This document shows, in pieces, positions 38,715 through 47,118 of a stretch of DNA of 64,000 bases. How positions within the stretch are numbered: position 1 is the first letter of the stretch; each line of letters opens with the position of its first letter. Below the pieces are notes generated by a model. The model had not been told where the DNA came from, made no database searches, and saw nothing but the letters and a program-made list of their open reading frames with translations. Made by a program: the position numbers and the translations under genes. The stretch comes from Thermoplasmata archaeon (GTDB taxonomy: Archaea; Thermoplasmatota; Thermoplasmata; Lutacidiplasmatales; UBA184), in the NCBI GenBank assembly GCA_021817605.1, contig JAKAUN010000002.1, forward strand, positions 3,676 to 67,675, in the 5' to 3' direction.

Positions 38715-39740
38715 ATGTTCGACGGTCCGACGGCGGACGCCCTCCACGGCCTCTCGCTCGCCCCGTCGATCGCGGTCGTCGGGCTCGGAGGCGCCGGTTC
38801 GGAGGCGGTCGACGACCTCGTCAACCTCGGCCTGCCGGGGGCGCGCTCGCTCGCGGTGAACACCGACGCCCGCCACCTCAGCCACGTCCGGGCCGAGGAG
38901 CGGATCCTTCTCGGCCAGCGAGAGCTCGGCGGACGCGGGAGCGGCGGCGACCGTGCGGCGGTCCTTCGTGCCGCCGAGGACAGCCGCGAGGAGATCCTCC
39001 GAAGGCTCTCACGGTTCGAGCTCGTCTTCCTTCTCGCCGGCCTCGGAGGCGGAACCGGGAGCGCCCTGCTCCCGTTCCTCGTCAAGGAGCTCAGGAAGAC
39101 CGAGGCGCTCCCCGTGCCGGTCGTCTTCCTGCCGTTCCGCGTGGAGCTCGAGGCGAACCCCGGCCGTCGGCAGAACGTCGAGGAGACGATCGCCGAGCTC
39201 GAAGGACTCGGGGGCCTCCTCCTCGTCCTCGCCAACGAGAAGCTCCGCCGGTTCGAGTCGCTGCCGGTCCACCGCGTCTTCGGCGTGCGCAACGCCTACC
39301 TCCACGCCCTGATCGCCAACCTGGTCGACATCGTCGACCATCCCTCGCAACTCAACGTCGATCTCGCGAGCGTGAAGAGCCACCTTCGTCAGTCGGGGCT
39401 CTCGACCCTGATCATCGGCGAGGAGCACATCTCCGAGCCGGCCCGGCTCGTGCAGCGCGCCCTCTCCGATTCGCTCCTTGATTTCGAGCTCCCCTACCGG
39501 CCGAGCGCGCTCGTCCACCTGGAAGGGGGAACGAACCTCACGCTCCGCGTCCTGGACGAGGTGCTCCACACCGTTCGGGAGCACCTCGGCGAGCCGGCCC
39601 GCCTCACCTTCGGGGCGAGGATCCGCCCGGAACCGTGCGAGGTCGTCCGACTGACCGCTGTCCTCGGCGGGCTCAAGCCCCGCACCGTCCACGAGGCCGT
39701 CGCCCGGCTTCCCCCGTCGGCTCCGCTCGCCGCCCGCTAG
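38715..39740 (+). CDS. Divergent FtsZ/tubulin-superfamily GTPase (FtsZ-like), 341 aa
   Basis: IAVVGLGGAGSEAV (T1), AVNTDARHL (NTD motif), GRGSGGD (T3), LLAGLGGGTGSALLP (tubulin signature GGGTGS), ANEKL (T5), LNVDLASVKSHL (T7 NxDxxD). Deviates from canonical archaeal FtsZ1/2 (GGGGGN). Starts 15 nt after the RHH gene stop. Confidence 0.75.
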   Translation: MFDGPTADALHGLSLAPSIAVVGLGGAGSEAVDDLVNLGLPGARSLAVNTDARHLSHVRAEERILLGQRELGGRGSGGDRAAVLRAAEDSREEILRRLSRFELVFLLAGLGGGTGSALLPFLVKELRKTEALPVPVVFLPFRVELEANPGRRQNVEETIAELEGLGGLLLVLANEKLRRFESLPVHRVFGVRNAYLHALIANLVDIVDHPSQLNVDLASVKSHLRQSGLSTLIIGEEHISEPARLVQRALSDSLLDFELPYRPSALVHLEGGTNLTLRVLDEVLHTVREHLGEPARLTFGARIRPEPCEVVRLTAVLGGLKPRTVHEAVARLPPSAPLAAR

Positions 39741-40375
39741 CCTTCGGGCCGCGCCCGAGCCTCCCGGGACCGAGCCCGGGCTTCCCGGACGTCGAGCTCG
39801 TGGTGAAAGATGTCCAGCACCTGGCTGGTCCGCAGCACCCTCGGGCCGACCGACAGCCGGGGGACCCCGCTCCGTTCGAGGACCGCGCGCTCCTCGACTG
39901 TCGGGTCGTGGGGGTCGGAGACGACCGCCGCGACCTCCGGGCCGGCCGGGAGCCCCTCCGCGAGCGGGTTTCCGTCCTCGGAAAGCCAGAGAGCGCCCGA
40001 CCGGGAGAGAAAGCTCCCGAGGTAGGCGAGGGGGTCGACCGGTCCCACGGAGAGACCCGGCGAGGACTCGAAGTCACGCTCGACGTTCGCGGCACGCACG
40101 AGGGCGTTCTTGAGCAGAGCGGCGGTCGACCGCTCGTCCGGATTGAGATAGCGGAGGCGGGCCCCGACAAGCTCCACCCGGCGGGAGGCCGGGGGAGGCT
40201 CGGCGGCGAAGAGGATCGCGACCTCGGTGTCGCGGCGAAGGGTGTTCGACAGGGTGAAGGCGGTCGAGACCGCGCGGGCGACCTCGTCCATCCGTCCCGC
40301 GCCGCCCGCGAGGTCGTTGAGAGTGAACTCCCCCCGGACCGGAACCTTGTGGGCGAGCAGGAGGAAGCGGCGCAT
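39737..40375 (-). CDS. trmY: tRNA (pseudouridine54-N1)-methyltransferase TrmY (SPOUT, COG1901/DUF358)
   Basis: From ATG 40375: MRRFLLLAHKVPVRGEFTLNDLAGGAGRMDEVARAVSTAF... matches the TrmY N-terminus. About 212 aa. The upstream part of the track ORF is Arg/Pro-rich junk. Confidence 0.7.
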   Translation of the reverse strand: MRRFLLLAHKVPVRGEFTLNDLAGGAGRMDEVARAVSTAFTLSNTLRRDTEVAILFAAEPPPASRRVELVGARLRYLNPDERSTAALLKNALVRAANVERDFESSPGLSVGPVDPLAYLGSFLSRSGALWLSEDGNPLAEGLPAGPEVAAVVSDPHDPTVEERAVLERSGVPRLSVGPRVLRTSQVLDIFHHELDVREARARSREARARPEG

Positions 40376-40428
40376 CGCCCGCCAGCGGGGCGCCGGGCCG
40401 CTATAACTTTGGGCGGACGGAGAGTCGT

Positions 40429-41091
40429 CTACCCGACCCCGCCCGCGCGACGGCCACGCGGGGCGGCGGGAGGCTCCGGCGCGGGGCTCTGGCGTCGCTC
40501 GAGCCAGATCTCGTCGCCGAGCTCGTGGTAGACGGCGTGGTCGGCCATGCCGGTCCCCCGCTCCCCGTGGGGGAGACGGAAGCCCGAGGCCCGGTTGAGG
40601 TTCGGCGAGTAGACGACATCGGCCTCGCCGGCGGCAGCCATCGCCGCGGACTCCTCCCGAGCCAGCTCGAAGATGCGCTCCTTGCGGAACATCCAGTAGT
40701 GGATGCGCCACTCGCGCCCGTCGTAGAGGGTGGTCTCGTCCCGCTCGGTCTCGAGGATCCCGGTGTCCTCCAGCATGTAGAACGTGTCGCGGTCGTCCGG
40801 CTCTAGGACGTTGTCGATGATACGCTCGTTGAAGCCAAAGAAGTTGAGGACGTGGGCAGCGATCGAGCGGGCATCCTCGGCACGCATCCCGTCGTGCCCG
40901 ACGGAGCGGCGGATCGCCTTGGCGAGCGAGTCGAAATCGACCGGCCCGCTCGCGTCGACCAACGTCGCGTCGGTCGGCAGACCCATCCGGGTCTGCGAGA
41001 TGTCCTCCGCGGTCCTCAACGGGACCGGGTTCCTAAGAGTATAATGCGCCGTGCCCTCCGCCCGCGAAGGGCGCCCCCCCGTGCCCGTCAC
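40429..41091 (-). CDS. Hypothetical protein (conserved core ...RIIDNVLEPDDRDTFYMLEDTGILETERDETTLYDGREWRIHYWMFRKERIFEL...)
   Basis: ORF with a non-low-complexity core. No recognisable domain. True start may be at the internal MGLPTDATL. Confidence 0.45.
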   Translation of the reverse strand: MTGTGGRPSRAEGTAHYTLRNPVPLRTAEDISQTRMGLPTDATLVDASGPVDFDSLAKAIRRSVGHDGMRAEDARSIAAHVLNFFGFNERIIDNVLEPDDRDTFYMLEDTGILETERDETTLYDGREWRIHYWMFRKERIFELAREESAAMAAAGEADVVYSPNLNRASGFRLPHGERGTGMADHAVYHELGDEIWLERRQSPAPEPPAAPRGRRAGGVG

Positions 41092-41189
41092 GAACGAATC
41101 TATCCTCTGGTTCGCTATTTATATCTTGGCTGAGCCCCAAGGACCGAAAGGAACGACCCCATCCCGCGCGGGCGGCCGTCCGAGGCTCT

Positions 41190-41771
41190 TCAGAGCACGA
41201 CCCGACGGCCCCGTCCGACGCGCTGAAGCGCCTCGACCCCCGGACGCCACTCCTCCTCCTCGATCCGGAACTCGACCTCCGCGAGCTGGGAGAGCTCCTT
41301 CGGGAACGGCAGGAGAGACTTCGCGAGGTAGACGTGGGCGTACGGCGAGCCGGACGGGGCGCTCCAGCCCTTGCCCGTGTCCACCACGCCGCGGAACTCG
41401 TAGTACTCGGGCGCCGGCAAGAACCAGACCACGCTGTCGTCGGTCGCTCTCAGTCCCGAGGGCGGACGAGGAAGGAGCTGGAGCCCGAGGTGGTGGGCGA
41501 CCTGAGCGGGGAGCGTGAAGAGCAGCCGTTCGCCCGGGCGCGCGGTGGCGATGAGACGGTTGCGGACCGTCTCCACCGCGAGGGCCTCCCGAGCGGGGTA
41601 GGTCGCGATCACCCGCGCGATCCCCGACCCCCGGCTGAGGAAGGAGATCGAGCGGCTTGCGGGCCGACCACCCGCCCCGACCGGGTCGTAGCGGAGGAGC
41701 GCGGCGACCTCGGTGGGAAGCTGCATGGTGAGCCACGTCGGGTGCGTCGCGCGCAGGACGACGTACTCCAT
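41190..41771 (-). CDS. Hypothetical protein, 193 aa
   Basis: Globular-looking sequence (MEYVVLRATHPTWLTMQLPTEV...EVEFRIEEEEWRPG). No recognised motifs. TATA-like cTATAAGa at about 41789-41796 immediately upstream. Confidence 0.45.
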   Translation of the reverse strand: MEYVVLRATHPTWLTMQLPTEVAALLRYDPVGAGGRPASRSISFLSRGSGIARVIATYPAREALAVETVRNRLIATARPGERLLFTLPAQVAHHLGLQLLPRPPSGLRATDDSVVWFLPAPEYYEFRGVVDTGKGWSAPSGSPYAHVYLAKSLLPFPKELSQLAEVEFRIEEEEWRPGVEALQRVGRGRRVVL

Positions 41772-41850
41772 CGCCGGTAGCCACCGCGCCAGGCTATAAG
41801 AAATCTGTCAGAAGGACGGCCTATCGGCGGAACGTGCAGGGGCGGACGGT

Positions 41851-43173
41851 CTACTCCGCGGGAGGGGCGAGGTCGTACTCGCCGCCCTCGGGCGGAAGGG
41901 CCGTGTCGAGCCACGGCCGCAAGGCGCCTTCGGGTTCCCTGCGTCCCGCCGACCCGAGATGGCGGACGAAAGGCCGCGCTCCGATCGGGGAGAGAAGGGT
42001 GGTCGCGACGCCCACTCCCGCGACCACGGTGAACAGCTCGGGGGAGAAGATCCCCCGCACCTCGAGGATGACGGCCATGGCGAGCTCGACCGCTCCCCGG
42101 CTTGCGACCAGGAAGCCGGCGCCGAGCGCCTCGGACGGCGACCAGCCGAACAGGCGGGTCACCATCGCTCCGACGGCGACCTTGGAGAGAAGGGCGAACA
42201 GGCAGAGGGCCGCGAACGAGAATAGGACGAGAGGGGAGGAGACCAGGCTCCTCAGGTTCATGTCGAAGCCGACCAGCGCGAAGAACAGGGGGATGAAGAA
42301 CCCCCAGGTTATCGTATCGAAGACGCGGGCGATCTGGCGGTGCTCGTGGGGCCCGGCGCTCTCGGGGGTGATGAGCAGCCCGGCGTAGAAGGCGCCGACC
42401 AGGAAGGTGAGGCCGAGGGCCTGGGAGTAGAGCGCCGCCCCGAGACCGCTCACCATGAGGATGGCAAAGCCGGCCTCCCGCGAGCGCCAGCTGCCCCGGA
42501 ACCGGGCGACCCAGCGGTCCCAGATGCGCAGGTGACGGAGGCTCCGCAGCCCGTTGTGGACGGCCAGAATGGACGTGAGGAACACCCCCACGGTGAGCAC
42601 CGCGACCGCCACGGCGGTCGTGGTAGAGCCGTGCGCGCCCCAGACGCTCAGGAGGATCGAGAAGGTCGTCACCGCCGCAAGCTCGTTGAGGAGCGAGCTG
42701 TTGAGCAGGGTCGTCCCGAACTTGCTTCCGAGCAGGCCGAACTCCCGCAGCATGATCCCAAGGACGGGGAGCGCCGTGATCGAGATGGTCAGCGCGACGA
42801 AGAGGTCGGTCGTGGTGGAGAACGCCGGATAGAGCAGGTGGACGACCTCGGCCCCGGCAAGGAACGGGGCGACGAACATGGTGATCCCCAACGCCGCCGC
42901 GGGGACGCCGGTCGCGTAGACCTGCTCGGGCGTGACGGCGAGGCCGGCGGTCATCAGGATGAAGAACGTCGCCAGGAACTGCAGTCCCGTGAGCTCCGTG
43001 TTGAGGCTCAGGAAGCCGAGGGGCGCGCCGAGGAGCGTCGGGCCGAAGACGACCCCGACCGCGAGCTGGCCGACCAGCGCGGCCTGCCCGAGCCGGCTCA
43101 TGAGCTCGCCCACGAGCACCGAGCAGGCGACCAGCAGGAACAGCGCGACGATGAACAGCGTCGTGGGGTCCAT
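41851..43173 (-). CDS. Cation:proton antiporter (CPA2 / Kef-NhaP-like), 440 aa
   Basis: From ATG 43173: MDPTTLFIVALFLLVACSVLVGELMSRLGQAALVGQLAVGVVFGP... 11-13 TM helices typical of Na+/H+ or K+/H+ exchangers. Upstream track extension judged spurious. Confidence 0.75.
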   Translation of the reverse strand: MDPTTLFIVALFLLVACSVLVGELMSRLGQAALVGQLAVGVVFGPTLLGAPLGFLSLNTELTGLQFLATFFILMTAGLAVTPEQVYATGVPAAALGITMFVAPFLAGAEVVHLLYPAFSTTTDLFVALTISITALPVLGIMLREFGLLGSKFGTTLLNSSLLNELAAVTTFSILLSVWGAHGSTTTAVAVAVLTVGVFLTSILAVHNGLRSLRHLRIWDRWVARFRGSWRSREAGFAILMVSGLGAALYSQALGLTFLVGAFYAGLLITPESAGPHEHRQIARVFDTITWGFFIPLFFALVGFDMNLRSLVSSPLVLFSFAALCLFALLSKVAVGAMVTRLFGWSPSEALGAGFLVASRGAVELAMAVILEVRGIFSPELFTVVAGVGVATTLLSPIGARPFVRHLGSAGRREPEGALRPWLDTALPPEGGEYDLAPPAE

Positions 43174-43444
43174 GCGATCGACCTCCTGTTGTACCAGCTG
43201 ACGGCGAAACGCCCCGGCTCGTCGTCCGCCACCCCCCACGGGACATTCCGGCGGTCGACGGGGTCCGGGCCAGCGCCTTCTTGTGCAGGCGAACCTGCCA
43301 CCCCTTTTATGGGGCGCCTTCCAGGGGGCGGACCGCTGCTTAAGCCGCCGGCGCCCTGCGGACGGGGTGACCTCGCCTTCCGCGCCCCGGCCGCGACGCA
43401 GCAAAGAGACTTCGCCCCCCGGCTCGGCCATCGACGAACGGAGG

Positions 43445-43831
43445 ATGCGCGCGCTCGCCGAGCCGCTGGATGTGCGGTGGAGGTCCCGCGAGCCCTACCC
43501 CCTTCTCGAGGTGCGCAACCCGCTCCGCGGGACGCGCTATCTCGTACTGCTGCCGGCCTACCCCGACCGGGAGAGCGCCCTGTGCACGTGCACCGATTTC
43601 GCCCGGCGGGGCCTGGGAGACTGCAAGCACATCGAGTCCGCGTGGCGTTGGCTCGGCTCCCGTTCCGAGACCGACGACCCGCTCCCCGCCGTGGAGGAGC
43701 GGCCGGCGCCTCCCGCTGTGTGGGAAGAGGTGGATCGCCGCCTTCGTGGTGATCCCCCTCTCGAGCTACGGGACATTCGCGCGCTAGGCGCTCCGGGAAG
43801 GGTGCTCTTCGAGCGGAGAAGCGAGGGCTGA
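43445..43831 (+). CDS. SWIM zinc-finger domain protein
   Basis: CxCx(n)CxH signature ALCTCTDFARRGLGDCKHIESAW. Start placed at ATG 43445 (MRALAEPLDV). The track's GTG 43283 adds a low-complexity leader. Confidence 0.5.
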   Translation: MRALAEPLDVRWRSREPYPLLEVRNPLRGTRYLVLLPAYPDRESALCTCTDFARRGLGDCKHIESAWRWLGSRSETDDPLPAVEERPAPPAVWEEVDRRLRGDPPLELRDIRALGAPGRVLFERRSEG

Positions 43832-44202
43832 GGGCCGTCCACGGCCCAGCGGCTGCGCCCCGTCCCCGGAACGCTCGCTCCGGGGCGTTGTTGAACCGGC
43901 ACGCCGTTCCGCTCGTTCGGGGTCATCGTGCCCGGGAACCCGCAGACGATCGCACCCGCGGAGCGCCCGCTTCTGAACGCGATCCCGGTGGAAGGGTACG
44001 AGGGGGGAACCCGGCAGCGAACCGGACTTCCCGTCACGCTCCTCCGGCCCTCGGCCCTTCTGACCGCTACGGCGGAGGACTCTCGGGAACGGAGCCCGCC
44101 TGGAGGAAAGGTCCCCCAAGGCAGGGACGGGACCGCTGGCGAAAGCGGGTCGGGAGAAGGCGGAAGGAAGAGGTTCGCCCTGAGACGACCGACCGAGGGG
44201 CC

Positions 44203-45912
44203 CTAGGTCGACATCCCCGGCGCGCTCTTGAGCGCCCGGATCTTGTAGTACTCGGGGTCGACGATGACCTCGCCGTTGACGCCCATCGTCTCGATCGTCT
44301 TCAGCTTGAGGCCGCCCTGCGACTTCGCCCGCTGCCAGTCGGGGATCGGGATCGAGAACTTCTTCTCGACCTCGGTCCGGTAGATCGGCCCGGAGTTGTA
44401 CGAGCAGAACGGGATGACCCGCCCGTCCGGGACCGCGTAGTGGATGTCGCAGCGCATCAGCCGCTGGATGTCGTAGTCGTAGGCGTCCTGGAAGTGCATG
44501 TTGCCGATGTAGAGCGTCCTCCAGGTGAACTTCGCGACGGCCTCCTTGTTGCCCTCGGTGAAGATCGAGGCGATCAGCCGCACGCAGTTCTTCTCCGTCA
44601 CGCCCTCCGGCGCCTTGGTGAAGTCGAAGTACTTCGCGACGTCGTGGAGGAGCCGCGCCCCGGCGACCACCGTCCGCACGCGCGAGAACCGCGCGTCGCG
44701 GTACTTCTCGATCATCCCCTCGACGTTCTCGAAGAAGCCGTCGACGTCCATGAACCGCGGCAGCGGGGTGATCTTCTCCCCGTCCTTGGAGACGAAGGCG
44801 AAGGTCGCGCAGCCGCAGCCCGGGTGCGTCGTGAGGGTCATCTTCTCCTCGCCGTGGATGATCGAGGCGAGCTCGGAGATCGGCGCGACCGACGGCACGG
44901 GGAAGAAGTCGGACTTGTCGAAGGGCCCGTCGGTGCAGAGGATGCGGACGAGGTCGGACTGGGTGAACCGCATCTGGAAGCGGTCCTTGTCGGGGATGCG
45001 GGCGGTCAGGGCGACCGGCTGGAAGTTGACGCCGCGCACGACGTCAAGGTTGTCGATCGCGAACTTGACCGTCGGCCAGATCTCCTTCTCGTTGAACCCG
45101 CCGACCAGCGTCGGGACGAGCACGACGGAGAGAGGCTTGTCCGGCTTACCCGCGGCGAGCTCGGAGGCCGGCGAGTGGGTCTCGCGGGCCGCCTGGATCG
45201 CCTTCTGCTTCACCTTGAACAGCGGCACACCACGGACCTTGCGGTAGATCTCGTCGTCCAGACCGTCGAACTGCAGGTAGAGGGTGTGCAGGCCCGCGTC
45301 CCGGGAGGCCTGGGCGAAGCCGGGCTCGTTGGCCACGCGGATCCCGTTGGTCGCGACCTGGATCTGCTTGAAGCCGAGGTCGCGGGACATCGACACCGCG
45401 TCTAGGAACAGCGGAGAGAGGGTCGGCTCGCCTCCGGAGAACTGGACCGCGACGGTGCCGACCGGCTTCTGCTCGCGCAGGGTCTTCAGCATGAAGTAGA
45501 TCTGCTCGCGGGTGGGCTCGAAGACGTAGCCTGCGGCGTTCGCGTTCGCGAAGCAGACAGGGCACTTGAGATTGCAGCGGTTGGTCAGGTCCACCAGGGC
45601 GAGCCCGGTGTGCGACTTGTGGTGGCTGCACATCCCGCAGGTGGTGGGGCAGCCGCGGAACTTGTCGTAGTAGGGGTTCTCGTAGCCGACCCCGTCGTGG
45701 GCATAGACCTCCATCCGCAGGTAGAAGTCCACGTCGTTGGAGATGATGTCCCAGAAGTAGCCGTGGGCTCGGCAGGTCTTCTCCATGATGACCCGGCCGT
45801 CTTTCTCGCGGACGATGGCGGGAATGACCTTGATGCACTCCGGGCAGACCGAGGCGGTCTTCCGGGGGAGGCCCCGCGGGGCCTGGAACTCCTTCATCAC
45901 TCGTGCCGGCAT
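44203..45912 (-). CDS. Radical SAM protein with N-terminal zinc-ribbon/rubredoxin-like motif and C-terminal auxiliary Cys clusters; Tes (GDGT/MAS tetraether lipid synthase)-like
   Basis: CNLKCPVCF (CxxxCxxC). N-terminal CPECIK...TCRAHG. C-terminal Cys pairs HPGCGCATF, RLMRCDIHY, FCSYN. 569 aa. The Tes assignment rests on domain architecture and lipid-gene neighbourhood and is not verified. Confidence 0.8.
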   Translation of the reverse strand: MPARVMKEFQAPRGLPRKTASVCPECIKVIPAIVREKDGRVIMEKTCRAHGYFWDIISNDVDFYLRMEVYAHDGVGYENPYYDKFRGCPTTCGMCSHHKSHTGLALVDLTNRCNLKCPVCFANANAAGYVFEPTREQIYFMLKTLREQKPVGTVAVQFSGGEPTLSPLFLDAVSMSRDLGFKQIQVATNGIRVANEPGFAQASRDAGLHTLYLQFDGLDDEIYRKVRGVPLFKVKQKAIQAARETHSPASELAAGKPDKPLSVVLVPTLVGGFNEKEIWPTVKFAIDNLDVVRGVNFQPVALTARIPDKDRFQMRFTQSDLVRILCTDGPFDKSDFFPVPSVAPISELASIIHGEEKMTLTTHPGCGCATFAFVSKDGEKITPLPRFMDVDGFFENVEGMIEKYRDARFSRVRTVVAGARLLHDVAKYFDFTKAPEGVTEKNCVRLIASIFTEGNKEAVAKFTWRTLYIGNMHFQDAYDYDIQRLMRCDIHYAVPDGRVIPFCSYNSGPIYRTEVEKKFSIPIPDWQRAKSQGGLKLKTIETMGVNGEVIVDPEYYKIRALKSAPGMST

Positions 45913-45999
45913 ACTTCGGTTCCTCCGTTTCCTGGTCCCTCGTTCCCGACTGGACCAAGAAGCTCACCCATCCCGCCCTACATAATCCATGTGTAGTTC

Positions 46000-46023
46000 G
46001 GACAGCGACAAATTCGGCTGTCC
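46000..46023. promoter_or_regulatory. 7-bp inverted repeat GGACAGC-(10 nt)-GCTGTCC in the 247-nt divergent promoter region between the Tes-like gene and ORF 46160
   Basis: Seen directly in the sequence. A cATAATcc TATA-like element lies at about 45980. Confidence 0.2.
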
Positions 46024-46159
46024 ATGACGTGTATTCGCATGGTAGAAAGCGCTACAACTCTCGTCAGCCGGCCCGTCTTCGCTCCTCGCACGCCGCTGGC
46101 CTGCGTGCCGGTCCCGACGAGAGGTTAAGCGAGCCGACGGCTGGACCGGGGAACCTACC

Positions 46160-46744
46160 ATGGCTCCTTCGCGCACCTCCCGTCGGTCGAGCCGCCGCGG
46201 CGGCCGCTCCCGGAAAGCTGGGACCACGCGACGGGTCCGAAAGCCGCCCGTGCCGAAGTTCGTGGGGCGGGACCCTTCCCCTGTGCTGGACCGCTACCCC
46301 CCGCGGGCGCCGCACGAGGGGCGGCCGACGCCCACAGCCGCCTCCGTCGCGACACCGTCGCCGGCACCGAGCGGCCGGGTAGCCCCTCCGGCCCGCGCCG
46401 CGGCCCCCCCTGCCCCCGCCCAAGGGCCGCCGGCCGGCCTCATCCGGCTCGACCGGCCGTTCGACCTCGACGAGTTCTCCCGGCTCCTCGGGGAGACCTC
46501 GATCCGGCTGAAGGTGCCTCGGGAGAACCTCCTGGAGGTGCTCGGGCGCGTTTTGGAGTTCATGGGCTTCGGGATCTACGTCTACGCGATCTCGGTGCGT
46601 CCTGCGCCCGCCGCTCTCCTCAAGGAGTTCGAGGTGGAGCTCCAGCGCGTGGACTACTCTGCCGAGCGGAGCCGCTGGGAGCCGTTCGTGGAGAGGGGGA
46701 GCGCGTCGTCGCCCCCCGGTTCGAGCTCGGGGAGCCCTCCGTAG
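46160..46744 (+). CDS. Hypothetical protein: Arg/Pro-rich basic N-terminal ~95 aa plus conserved-looking ~90-aa C-terminal domain
   Basis: Good ATG context (accATGg). C-terminal IRLDRPFDLDEFSRLLGETSIRLKVPRENLLEVLGRVLEFMGFGIYVYAISVRP... No recognised domain. Confidence 0.5.
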   Translation: MAPSRTSRRSSRRGGRSRKAGTTRRVRKPPVPKFVGRDPSPVLDRYPPRAPHEGRPTPTAASVATPSPAPSGRVAPPARAAAPPAPAQGPPAGLIRLDRPFDLDEFSRLLGETSIRLKVPRENLLEVLGRVLEFMGFGIYVYAISVRPAPAALLKEFEVELQRVDYSAERSRWEPFVERGSASSPPGSSSGSPP

Positions 46745-46811
46745 CCGGCGCTCCCTTCCGCGGACCTACCTCCTGCTCGCCCTTCGGAGCCGGCCGCAGC
46801 CGCTCGTCGGG

Positions 46812-47072
46812 GTGTTCATCTACTGGAAAGGGCTCGCCGAAGCCGAGAGGACCATGACGGCCGCTGGAGGATCCGACCGCTGGGAAGCCGAGCTCAAGGC
46901 GCTCCGGAGCGAGCTCAACGCCCTTCGGCAGGAACAGAGGGAGATGGCCGAGGCGATCAACCAGCTGCTGACGACCTTCCGGGGACTCGCGGCACATCTC
47001 GGGATCGCGACCGAGCCGTATGGCGGCCGCGGGACCCGCGCGTCGGAGCGCGACCTGCCCGGCTTCGGCTGA
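46812..47072 (+). CDS. Hypothetical small coiled-coil protein (86 aa; may start at ATG 46854)
   Basis: Heptad-like WEAELKALRSELNALRQEQREMAEAINQLL. No motifs. Confidence 0.35.
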   Translation: MFIYWKGLAEAERTMTAAGGSDRWEAELKALRSELNALRQEQREMAEAINQLLTTFRGLAAHLGIATEPYGGRGTRASERDLPGFG

Positions 47073-47118
47073 GCGGCTCGGACCTACGGGTTCCAAGACG
47101 GCCGTTGCCGATCGACGC

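Noticed and set aside
37242-39740. 832-aa + strand ORF
   Set aside because: Only the last 341 codons (from ATG 38715) form the FtsZ-like protein. Upstream it runs antisense through the GNAT gene and across the RHH gene in another frame.
43832-44202. Possible RNase P RNA (GGAGGAAAGGTCC on +, GGGAAGTCCGG on minus resemble CR-I GGAAAGUCCGG)
   Set aside because: Only one conserved region is approximated. CR-II, CR-IV and CR-V equivalents were not found, and the available length to either flanking gene is too short for a ~300-nt RNase P RNA in the right orientation. Kept only as a generic ncRNA candidate.
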